From positions 8,494,001 to 8,558,000 of the forward strand of contig OX597814.1 of NCBI GenBank assembly GCA_951406725.2: DNA of 64,000 bases. The letters are read 5' to 3'. The first letter of the stretch is position 1. Each line of letters begins with the position of its first letter. The notes under the pieces were generated by a model. That model was not told where the DNA came from. It was given only the letters and a program-made list of their open reading frames with translations, and did not search any database. The translations under genes and the position numbers were made by a program. The DNA comes from Octopus vulgaris (lineage: Eukaryota). Shown one piece after another: positions 1 to 10,764 of this stretch.

Positions 1-200
1 GTAAGAGGAATCAATTACTGCATGCAAGAGACAAGATTGCATTGGTTTGGACATGTGATGTGTATGAATGGAAATAGCTGTATATAGAAGTGTTGATTGC
101 TTAAAGGGGATGGCAGGTGTGGAAGAGAGAGCCAATCTCAAGATGACAATGGATTGAGATGTCTGGTTATAGAAGTTTCTTGAGAAGACCTGTCCACCCC
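1..200 (+). mobile_element. RTE-clade LINE 3' fragment
   Basis: Encodes a degenerate QERRLHWFGHVM-like segment, homologous to the RTE fragments at 2375-2737 (-) and 7391-7789 (+). Confidence 0.6.
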
Positions 201-659
201 ACTGCTGTGTCTTCCACCCCTATCTAACATTAAATCATTCATCCTCAATAGACCAAAACTACATTTCTGCTCCTCTTCTTCATGCACTATGCTTACCTTT
301 CCCTCTCTTCTCCTGCAATCCTGTCCTTCCTCTCCTGCTGTTACATAGAATACAAGAATGAGCCCCGACGAGAAATGTTGAAATTCCCATCTCTACCTTA
401 AAACACACACTTTTAAGGATCTGAAGACCTTTACACAGTTGCTCAGGCTGATAGAAATAGCAGGAAAGTATCCCTCCCATTACACCCTGCCTTCTTCAAA
501 ACAGAAGCTACCATTCTAGATATTGGAATGGTCGTGGCTGGATTGTCTTTCATCATAAATCTGCTCAATCAAATTTTGTTTCTTATATTTTACACTTTAT
601 TTATCCCTAAATAGAAATACCTTTTACATTTAAGGATCAGTAAACATTAACTAAAGGAC

Positions 660-1078
660 CCATGATCATCATTACTGTTTTAACGTCCACTTTTCCATGC
701 TTGCATGGGTTGGACAAAATTTGATGATGAGTTGGATTTTCTGCAGCTGGATGCCCTTCTTGTTGCCAACCCTCACCTATTTCCAAGTAAGGTAATGTTT
801 CCCAGTGACCAGACATGTTTTAAGGAAGATTGGAAATGAAGGACACTGCTTGTATAACAGGGACACTCGTTTACAACAAGCACGGAGACAGTAACATACA
901 GACGGACAGACAGACAGATGGCTTCTTTCAGTCTTCGTCCACCAAATCCACTCATAAGGCTTTGGTGAGCCCAAGGCTATAGTAGAATACATTTTTTCCA
1001 AGTGCTACACAGTGGGACTGAACCCAGAACCATATGACTGGGAAGCAACCATCTTACCACACAGCCACACCTGTGCCC
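660..1078 (-). mobile_element. tRNA-derived SINE with (GAT)n tail
   Basis: The minus strand starts ggcacaggtgtggctgtgtggtaag...ggttctgggttcagtcccact (A/B-box-like) and ends with the aagggcatccagctg...gtggacgttaaa tail shared by other copies in the window. Confidence 0.7.
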
Positions 1079-1242
1079 ACATGGAGTTGTCACATAATTG
1101 GAACTGCATTTTAATGCTAAAATCTCCAAATTTGAAGAATTCTCAAAATCATTTCAATCTAAAATGTGTTAAAACATCAGTAAATTGACTTCAATTTGAT
1201 TCTTTTACCAAAATGTATTTCCATTCATTGTATTTATTGCAG

Positions 1243-1476
1243 ATTTTGAGAATGTTCAGAGGATGTGCCAAAACAACCCCTTAAAAGGAAATCAACTGAA
1301 AGTGGATAGAATTAAGGAAATAAACAGTGTTCAAGTGAAAAACGTTTCTTCAAATGTCAGCTTTGAGAGTCTTCAAAGATATTTTGGAAACAGAAAAAAA
1401 AGTTTTGGTGGAGATATTTCTTCAGTTCAACCACAAACCTCTGATACTTACATTGTAAGTTTTAAAGAGGCGGATG
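1243..1476 (+). CDS. Internal exon of PARP14-like (macro-PARP) gene, RRM-like region
   Basis: Acceptor tatttattgcag| and donor G|gtaagt (phase 1 at both ends). Translation FENVQRMCQNNPLKGNQLKVDRIKEINSVQVKNVSSNVSFESLQRYFGNRKKSFGGDISSVQPQTSDTYIVSFKEAD matches the LxxYFxNxxxSGGG-type RRM motif of PARP14/PARP10 N-termini. Confidence 0.85.
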
Positions 1477-1544
1477 GTAAGTAATTTTTTTCTGCTCTCT
1501 TTGTCTAGTCTACCTATCAGAGTCAGTTATTAGCATTGTTTTAA

Positions 1545-2130
1545 TTCAGGTTTTGTTGGAACTCCTGGAGGCTTGCTATCCACAGCCTACGGTACCATGC
1601 TATCTCTTCTGTTCAGCCATGTAATATTTTCTTGATGATAATGGCTGTGACAAGGAGGCAGACTTTTGGTAACAGCTCTACTCGGTGCTCTGTCCTCATT
1701 TCCTCTTAATATCTTCTGATACTGTCCCCAGGGCCCCAATAATAATTAGAATTATCTCCATCTTTCACAGTCAAGCACATTTAAGAGGATTGTCTACTTG
1801 TTCACCTAACTAACTGTGGGTCAAATGCGTATGCAACATCAGTTATAGAACACATGTGGTTCACCTTGTCCACAACGACCAGGCCTGGCTTGTTGTACTC
1901 AAGCACTTGGCCCATTCTGCATTGAAAAATCCCACAAGATTTTACAGGTCTCTGACTCTGTGATTCTCTGTGGTTTCTGTTTGTACCATGTTTTGCTTCT
2001 CTCTAACCCCAACTTTCCTCATACTTTCCAATGCAGCACTTTTGTAACCTCATCATGTCACCACAACTCATATTGGTTTGGGGCAAGTTGAGAGCATTCA
2101 TTCACAGTAAGGGCAATGGCTTCATTAAAT
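1545..2130 (-). mobile_element. R4/Dong-like RLE retrotransposon 3' fragment
   Basis: Degenerate C-terminal motifs (ILWDF, IIIGALG) on the minus strand; next to (TTA/TTG)n at 2130-2200; same family as 59835-60980. Confidence 0.6.
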
Positions 2131-2199
2131 TATTATTGTTGTTGTTGTTGTTGCTGTTGTTACTGTTGCTGTTATTAATATCATTATCATTATTATTGA

Positions 2200-2315
2200 G
2201 TAAGAGAGCAGTGCATACCATCAAAGTGGCACTGGGGTAAAATATACGAAGCCCAGTATACCCATCATGACTACCCATCTGATAAGGATACACCAGGCAC
2301 ATGTATCACAACCAT
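2200..2315 (-). mobile_element. 3' fragment of the ~560 bp (TAA)n-associated non-autonomous element
   Basis: Reverse complement matches about 10300-10420. Confidence 0.65.
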
Positions 2316-2319
2316 CTCA

Positions 2320-2990
2320 GTCCAGTGTCATTTACTCCATGAGTCCCAACATCCTGAAATCGGTCCTCATTACTTCATCCCATGTTCTCCTGGGCATCCT
2401 TCTTCCACAGAAGCCATTTATGTTTCAACGACAAGCATTTCTTCATACATCTGTCTCCATTCATACACATCACATGTCCAAACCAATGCAGTCTTCTCTC
2501 CTGCATGCCACATTTAATCTTTCTTATGCCTAATCTTTTTCTCAGTACAGTCACGCTTTGTTGGTTGTGCGCTCTGATGTTGCACATCCAACAAAGCATA
2601 TTGCCTTCATTTCTCTCTAGTCTGCACATGTCTTCTGTATTCGGAGCGAATGTTTCACTACCATGGAATACAGCCGTTGGCACACATCCATCACACAGTC
2701 TACCTTTCACTCTGAGAGAGAGTCCTTTTGTTACCAACAGAGGTAATGGCTCCCTGAACTTCCTCCAGCCTATTCTTTCTCTAGAAACAATATTTTCAGA
2801 GCATTCACCATCGTTACTAATTTGGTCCCCTGAACAGCAGAAACTATCTACTACCTTAAGAGATCCACCTTAGCATTGAGAGAGTCTAGGTCCCTCATGT
2901 TCTTAGTGCTTATTGTTCTTGCACATCTGCCACACATAAAAGCAACCTTATCTGTTAACCTATGTAGCACTTGTGGTGTAGATGTTGTTG
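2320..2990 (-). mobile_element. RTE-clade LINE fragment (RT C-terminal region)
   Basis: ORF 2375-2737 reads TKGLSLRVKGRL..FHGSET..RRLHWFGHV, typical of RTE LINEs. Confidence 0.75.
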
Positions 2991-3019
2991 ACCACCATTA
3001 GGTCCAGTGTGTTATACCC

Positions 3020-5670
3020 TAGCACCTATTCTGTTTGGATTGGGAAATCCTAGAGGATTTTTCAAGTCTCCAACTCTGCTAGTTTGTGTTCATACCACAT
3101 TCTCTCTAGACTCCACTTTTCACACAGTTTCTAAGATAGCTCTTTCGGTACTGATCATGTTGTCACATCTTGTAGTGATTATGGGTAAGTTTAGGGCATT
3201 CATTTATAATATGGGTAATGGTTTCATCCACTCTTTTACAGATGTAGCACAGCAGAGACACTTGCTCATTCCTAAAGATTGACCCTGCAGTTCGTGGCCA
3301 AAGCTTGGTCTTGCATTGCCAGTATGGTGCTGCTCTCAGTCTCTTTCTTTAGTGTTCCTTTCTTCTGCCCATCCCACCTACTTTTTCCAGTGTCTTCTGT
3401 TATGGTTTTATCAAATTGATTGTGTAATCCCTTGTTGCATAATGTTTTTCTTTTTTTTACCCCTTTTTTTCTCTGCTTTCAATACTCCCTTGTTCCTAAC
3501 TGCCACTAGCAAGGTTTCACTCTGTCTCTGTCTCACTCTGTTTCTCTCTCGGCCTCACTCTGTCTCTCTCTCAACCACACTCTTTCTCTCTCTCAACCAC
3601 ACTCTTTCTCACTCTCAGCCTCACTCTGTCTCTCTCTGTGCCTCACTCTGTTTCTCTCTCGGCTTCACTCTGTCTCTCACTCACCCACACTTTGTCTCTC
3701 TCTCAACCTCACTCTTTCTCTCTCTCAACCACACTCTTTCTCACTCTCGGCCTCACTCTGTCTCTCTCTGTGCCTCACTCTGTTTCTCTCTCGGCCTCAC
3801 CCTGTTTCTCTCTCGGCCTCACTCTGTCTCTCACTCACCCACACTTTGTCTCTCTGTCAACCTCACTCTTTCTCGCTCTCGGCTTCACTCTGTCTCTCTC
3901 TCGGCTTCACACTGTTTCTCTCTTGGCATCACTGTCTCTGTCTCACTCTGTCTCTCTCTCAACCTCACTCTCGGCTTCACTCTGTCTCTCTCGGCTTCAC
4001 ACGGTCTCTCTCTTGGCATCACTGTCTCTGTCTCACTCTGTCTCTCTCTCAACCTCACTCTCTCTCTCTCGGCTTCACTCTGTCTCTCTTTCAGCTTCAC
4101 TCTGTCTCTCTCTCGGCCTCACTCTGTCTCTCTCTTGGCCTCACTCTGTCTCTCTCTTGGCTTCACTCTGTCTCTCTTTCGGCATCACTCTGTCTCTCTC
4201 TCGGCCTCAATCTATTTCCCTATCGGCATCACTCTGTCTCACTCTCGGCTTCACTCTGTCTATCGCTTGGCCTCATTCTATCTCTCTCTCGACTTCACTC
4301 TGACTCCCTATCGGCATCACTCTGTCTCTCTCTCAGCCTCACTCTGTCTCTCTCTTGGCTCCACTCTATCTCTCTTTCGGGTTCACTCTGTCTCTCTCTC
4401 GGCCTCACTCTGTCTCTCTCTCAACCTCACTCTGTCTCCCTATCGGCTTCACTCTGTCTCACTCTCAGCTTCACTCTGTCTATCGCTTGGCCTCATTCTG
4501 TCTCTCTCTCGGCTTCACTCTGACTCCCTCTTGGCATCACTCTGTCTCTGTCTCGGCCTCACTCTGTCTCTCACTCCCCCACATTTTGTCTCTCTCTCAA
4601 CCTCACTCTTTCTCACTCTCGGCTTCACTCTGTCTCTCTCTCGGCTTCACACTGTCTCTCTTTTGGCATCACTCTGTCTCTCTCTCAACCTCACTCTGTC
4701 TCTCTCTCAACCTCACTCTGTCTCGCTCTAGGCTTCACTCTGTCTCTCTCTCGGCCTCACTCTGTCTCTCTCTCGGCCTCACTCTGTCTCTGTCTCAACT
4801 TCACTCTGTCACACTCTTGGCTTCACTCTGTCTCTCTCTCTCAGCCTCACTTTGTCTCTGTCTCAACATCACTCTGTTTCTGTCTCTCTATCGGCTTTCT
4901 CACTCTTGGCCTCACTTTGTCTCTCTCTCAACCTCTTTCTCACTCTCGGCTTCACTTTGTCTCTCACTCGGCTTCACACTGTCTCACTCTCGACTTCACT
5001 CTGTCTCTCTCTCTCGGCTTCACTCTGTCTCAGTCTCGACTTCACTCTGTCTCACTCTCGACTTCACTCTGTCTCTCTCTCAACCTCACTCTGTCCCCCT
5101 CTCGGCTTCATTCTGTCTCTCTCTCGGCCTCCCTCTGTCTCTCGCTCAACCTCACTCTTTTTCACTCTCGGCTTCTCTCTGTCTCGACTTCACTCTGTCT
5201 CTGTCTCTCTATCGGCTTTCTCACTCTCGGCCTCACTCTGTCTCTCGCTCGGCCTCACTTTGTCTCTGTCTCAACCTCACTCTGTCTCTCTCTTGGCTTC
5301 ACTCTGTCTCAGCCTCCCCCACAATTTGTCTCTCTCTCAACCTCACTCTGTCCCCCTCTCGGCTTCACTCTGTCTCACTCTTGACTTCACTGTGTCTCTC
5401 TCTCAGCCTCACTCTGTCTCTCTCTGTCTCTGTCTCTCTTTCGATTACCACTCTCTTTTCCAAGACTTCTTCCACCACCGCCACCCTAGATAAACTAGTG
5501 CATGTGCTTGGATTCCCATACTAAATATTTTTTTTTTACCTCCTCTGAAGGAATGCGTATCCAGATGATGCTCTCGTCTAAATTTGCTAGTTCGCGGTAC
5601 AACCAAGATTCCACCCCTCCACCACTACCGGAAGTTCCTATCGTTCCTATCCTTTGGTTGTCTCCCATGA
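3020..5670 (-). mobile_element. R4-like RLE retrotransposon fragment interrupted by a CT-rich minisatellite
   Basis: 3020-3515 is homologous to 60230-60750. Retroelement-like sequence resumes at about 5445 after the minisatellite. Confidence 0.55.
3518..5442. repeat. CT-rich compound minisatellite (~22 bp unit ggcYtcactctgtctctctctc)
   Basis: About 1.9 kb of tandem variants on a strongly pyrimidine-rich + strand; the overlapping Ser/Leu ORFs are artefacts. Confidence 0.95.
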
Positions 5671-5849
5671 ACACTTCTAAAGGCTTTACACCATCCCCAC
5701 CATTACTTAGGGTTATCTCATATATAAGGTAGGGATCATATAGTGGAAAATATGAAAAGGTAGTGTCATGCAGGTTGAATTGAAGGCTATTGTTTGTTTA
5801 TGAATTCTGCCAAATGTGAGCTTTATTTCCACGTACATGATGCTGCTTT

Positions 5850-8165
5850 CCCCCATCCCAGGGTCTCACGGGCCCATATCCCTCATACCCTTAGAGTTGA
5901 CACTTTCAACGTTGGCACACTGTAAGGTAGGTCTGATGAGATTGTTGAAATGCTTGAACGGAGATGTGTCGATATGTGCTGCATCCAAGAAGTAAGGTGG
6001 AGAGGAGGTTCTGCAAGGTTCCTCACAGGCAAAGAACACAAGTACAAGTGGGTAGGGAACACTGTCAGGGTCGGGGACGTGGGTTTACTTCTTGCGGAGA
6101 AATGGGTAGATAAGGTAATTGAGGTAGTCAGAGTATGTGACAGAATTCTTAAGATTAGATTAGTGCTTCATCATGGATTAGCAACAATTATATCGGCCTA
6201 TGCTCCTCAGCCGGGGCTACCCGATGGACAGAAAGACCGATTCTATGACGCGCTACTGCAGACTACCTCGTTGACGAATGACAGAGACCTTCTCTTTGTG
6301 GCTGGTGACTTCAATGGACATGTTGGACAACATGTCGGGGGCTTCCATGGCATTCATGGAGGCTATGGTTTTGTTTCCTGCAATGAGGAGGGAACCAGGC
6401 TGCTGGAGTTCTATGATGCAAATGATCTTATGGTTTGCAATACTAACTTCAGATAAGAAGCAGGTAAGAAAAAATTTGCCAATGTTCTGCACCGTGAGGA
6501 TCAAAGACTTGAGGTATTTTGTGTTGCAAGACAGTGTGTGAGAGAGAATCGTGATGTTTTAGGAGAGAAATGTGTCTGTATGGATGATGGTTTACTTGCA
6601 CTAAATGAGGCGCAAAGAGAGAGGTTTGGAGATGCCACTAACAAAGGTTGCTGAATAAAGAGAATGAATGGGAGAAAGAGAATCTGCCAAATGTTGACCC
6701 AACAGAGGGACCAGCTATCCAAGTTGAGAGTATCTTGGTAGATAAAGAAATTAAAAGTATGAAGACAGGGAAAGCCCTTGGCCCATCAGGAATTACTGCA
6801 GAGATGCTCAAAATATCTGGCAGTGTCAGCTATAGAGTTTCTACCTACGCCTTTTCTACAGATTGAGCAGGGCCATCTACATGAAGGGATTTGTGGTTTG
6901 CCTGCCTTCCTACGTAGGACTTTGGTTTTAGCTCAATTCTAATCCTTGTTTCCACACCTGAAACTTCTCCTCTAGTTCTGATAGTGACTCAGCAATTAGA
7001 GCAAGGTCGTCAGCATAGAGGAGCTCCCAGAGGTATCCTGTCTTGAATTAGTAGGAAGGCAGGCAAACCACAAATCCCTTCATGTAGATGGCCCTGCTCA
7101 ATCTGTAGAAAAGGCATAGGTAGAAACTCTATAAGATGTACCCAGTGTAAGCTATGGACCCATAAGAGGTGCAGCAATATCAAAGGAAGGCTAATTGGGA
7201 GGATAGCTTTTGTATGTGACAGATGCTCGGGAGCTATAAATAACACTGAAATTGTGCAGAGAACAACTTCTAGGGAGAAAAACTAGAAGTAGTTGATAGC
7301 TTCCATTACCTAGGCGACCAAGTCAGTAGCAGGGGAGGATGTGCTGAAAGTGTAGCCTGGGCAAAGTTCAGAGAGCTCTTACCTCTGCTGGTGACAAAGG
7401 GCCTCTCGCTCAGAGTAAAAGTTAGACTGTATGATGCATGTGTACAAACAGCCATCCTACATGGCAGTGAAACATGGGCCATGACTGCTGAGGACATGCA
7501 TAAGCTCACAAGGAATGAAGCCAGTATGCTCCGATGGATGTGTAATGTCAGTGTGCATACTCGACAGATTGTAAGTACCTTGAGAGAAACATTGGACATA
7601 AGAAGCATCAGTTGTGATGTACAAGAGAGACAATTACACTGGTATGGTCATGTGGTGAGAATGGATGAAGATAGCTGGGTGAAAAAGTGCCACACCCAAG
7701 CGGTTGAGGGAACCTGTGGAAGAGGTAGACCCAGGAAGACCTGGAATGAGGTGGTGAAGCACGACCTTCGAACATTAGGCCTCACCTAGGCAATGACTAG
7801 TGTCCAAGAACTTTGGAAATATGATGTGCTTGAGAAGACCTGGCAAGCCAAGTGAGACCATAACCTCATGGCCTATGCCAGGGGTGTAACCAGCCCACTT
7901 ATGCGTACCATTCTTTCATTGGACATAAAACACCATTTGAGCATGGCTGATGCCAGTACCACCTGACTGGCCCTCATGCTGGTGGCACATAAAAGCACCC
8001 ACTACACTCTCAGAATGGTTGGTGTTAGGAAGGGCATCCAGCTGTTGAAACACTGCCAGATCAGATTGAAGCCTGGCTCAGCCATCTGGTTCGCCAGCCC
8101 TCAGTCAAATCATCCAACCCATGCTAGCATGGAAAGTGGATGTTGAACGATGATGACGATGACGA
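5850..8165 (+). mobile_element. Degenerate RTE-clade LINE (AP endonuclease + RT remnants + 3' tail)
   Basis: ORF 5950-6456 has APE motifs (CCIQEVRW, ISAYAPQ, GDFNGHVG). ORF 7391-7789 is the RTE C-terminus. A YADD segment is present but inverted (6913-7049). Ends in (GAT)n. Confidence 0.85.
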
Positions 8166-8169
8166 CTGT

Positions 8170-8559
8170 AACCACATTTGTCATAATGGTGTACAAAATG
8201 AACCCTGAAATGATGAAAGACAAATTCAACCACAGTGGACATTTGAACCCAGAACATAAAAATGGATGAAATGCCACCAACCATTTCACTCAGCATGTTA
8301 ACAGTTGTAGCTCGCCCACTTAATAATAATAATAAGAAAAATAATTTAGAATTTTGCTAGAAGGGAGATCACGTTTGGAAGGGAGGGATTACTAGTCACT
8401 TACATTTATCCCAGTGTTTCACTGTTACTTAATTTATCAACCCCAAAAGGATGAAAGGCAAAGTCAACCTCAGTGGAATTTAAACTCAGAACTTAGTGAC
8501 ATATGAAATACTGCTAAGCATTCTGCCCAGTGTGCTAATGATTCTGCTAGCTCACCACC

Positions 8560-8560
<1 letters not shown>
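8170..8560 (-). mobile_element. SINE fragments (family related to the 115-bp satellite)
   Basis: Contains cccagtgtttcactgttacttaatttatcaacccc, the reverse complement of the SINE segment seen at 53290-53510. Confidence 0.6.
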
Positions 8561-8605
<45 letters not shown>

Positions 8606-8619
8606 TTGGTGAAACATCT

Positions 8620-9800
8620 TGAAACATCTAACAACTAGATGCTGAAGCTGGTTGAAACCATGAAAGACAAAAGAAGCTATATTCTATTATGAAGGAGAGT
8701 AAAAAATGTTTCAAGCGAGTTTATACATAATACCCTGGTTGAACTGCATGAGGGATGTGCAGCAACTGTAGTTGCAAAGAAGGTGAAATGAAGAGCAAAG
8801 CAAAACGCGCTTGAACAATTGGATGCTAGGTCAGAACAAAATGCTCAGCATGGCAAATATGTGGCCCATAGCAAACAAGCTGATATAGACCAGAAGCACA
8901 CCCATCAGTGGCTAGGGAGCTCAGGGCTAAAGGCAGAGAGTGAAGGCTTTATCTTGGCTACCCAAGATCAGAACTTATTGACGCAGAACTATCAAGCCAA
9001 TGTGATGAAAAATTGTTTAGACTAAAAGTGCCTATACTGTAAGGATGGGATTGAAACAGTGGACCACCTAATCTCTGGGTGTAAGGATTTAGCACCAGTA
9101 GAGTATAAATCAAGAAATGACAGTGTCGACCAGTATCTACTTTGGATAATGTATCAGTATCATAAAATCAAAATTGCTGACAAATGGTACAGGCACCACC
9201 CTGAGGCTGTTAGAGAGGGAGAAAATGTAACGATTCTTTGGGACTTCCCAGTATGTACAGATGTGACCATCAAAGCTAATAAACCAGAAATTGTTTTGAA
9301 AGACCAAAACAATAAAGTCTGTTTATTGATTGATGTGAGCGTACTTTGTGACTATGATATCTCAGCAAACGAATTTGATAAGCTCAGAAAATATAAAGAT
9401 CTGCTGATTAAAATCAAAAAGATGTGGCATCTCAAGACAGTTACAATACCAGTGATTGTAGGAGCACTTGGAATGATCAAAACAGGAGCTGAAAATTATT
9501 TAAGAATGATCCCTGGCTTACCATCCATGCAGGAAGTGCAAAAGATTGTCTTAACTGGTAACTGGTCACACGTATTGAGAAGAGCATCGTTGCTGTGAAT
9601 TTTCTTTCTTTTTTCCCCTTTATTTTCCCTGTTTACTTTTTTATTTTTTTATTTTTTCTCTGTCTTTTTTCTCCTTTTTCTCTATCACATGACTTTGTAA
9701 ATGAATGAGTTAGCGTGTTTATTTTAATTGCCTACCGATGTATACTGTGTGTTTTTCTGCCCTAGGTGTCAGGAAGGCACTTGGCAGAACTGAAAGATGA
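8620..9800 (+). mobile_element. R4/Dong-like RLE retrotransposon, 5'-truncated
   Basis: WLGSSGLKAESEGFILATQDQ, a CCHC remnant, ILWDFPV..KPEIV..LIDVSV..KYKDL..PVIVGALG; flanked by (TAA)n at both ends. Confidence 0.85.
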
Positions 9801-9862
9801 TGATGGAAATAATAATGATGATAATAATAATAATAATAATAATAACAATAATAATAATAATA

Positions 9863-10420
9863 AATGCCCTGATGCAGTCCCAGGCAGTGGCTCTCGTGGC
9901 TTCTGATCTTAACTGATTGGAAGTGTTATCATGTACATTGTTTTGTCTTGGTATAAAAGATGGGCTACAGCAAATATTCTGCTCAATACCACAGATTTGC
10001 TTGTCAATTGTTTGACCTTAACCAGTTGACCATGTCTCTTGGTGGTTGACGATATGTGCATTTCTGATCACAAGCAGAAGTAGTTGGGGAGCATCATAGC
10101 CATGTGTTGAGAGGGATTCTTTGGGGTTTGGATAATTCACTTTTGGAAACATGGGTGGTTCACTCCACATCCATAAACAATCCTTATTCAGGGACCTTTT
10201 GAACGGGATGGGTTACTCGACCAGAAGAAAATTCTAACTGGGCCCCACCTGCAAGGTCATGCACTGTTTATCTTCATATGAGATCACCATGTTGCGCACA
10301 TATGGTTGTGATGCATGTGCCTGATGTACTCTTATCAGACGGGTAGTCATGATGGGTATTCTGGGCTTCGTATATTTTACCCCAGTGTCACTTTGATGGC
10401 ATGCACTGCTCTCTCACTCA
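9863..10420 (+). mobile_element. ~560 bp non-coding interspersed element flanked by (TAA)n
   Basis: Partial copies at 2200-2315 (-), 10530-10760 (+, degenerate) and 36400-36555 (-); (TAA)n on both sides. Confidence 0.65.
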
Positions 10421-10764
10421 ATAATAATAATAATAATAATGATAATTATAACAACAACAACAGCAATAAGGACAACAACAATAACAAAAACAACAAAAAT
10501 AATAATGATAATAACGTTAATAATAAGGTAATGTTTATTGTGGCATTTGATCTTATTTGATTGGAAGTGTTAACAAGTGCGTTGTTTTCTTTTGATATAA
10601 AAGATGAGCTTCAGCAAATATTCTGCTTATTATCACACATTTATTTGTCAGTTGTTTGACCTCAACCAGTTTACCATATTCCTTGTTGGCAGATGATATG
10701 TGCATCTCTGAATGAATAACCTCTGGAAAACTACAAGGTCATGTGCAGTTAATCTTGATATCAG

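Noticed and set aside
3316-5524. Long Ser/Leu/His-rich ORFs (up to 471 aa)
   Set aside because: Several frames are open only because the CT minisatellite rarely contains stop codons.
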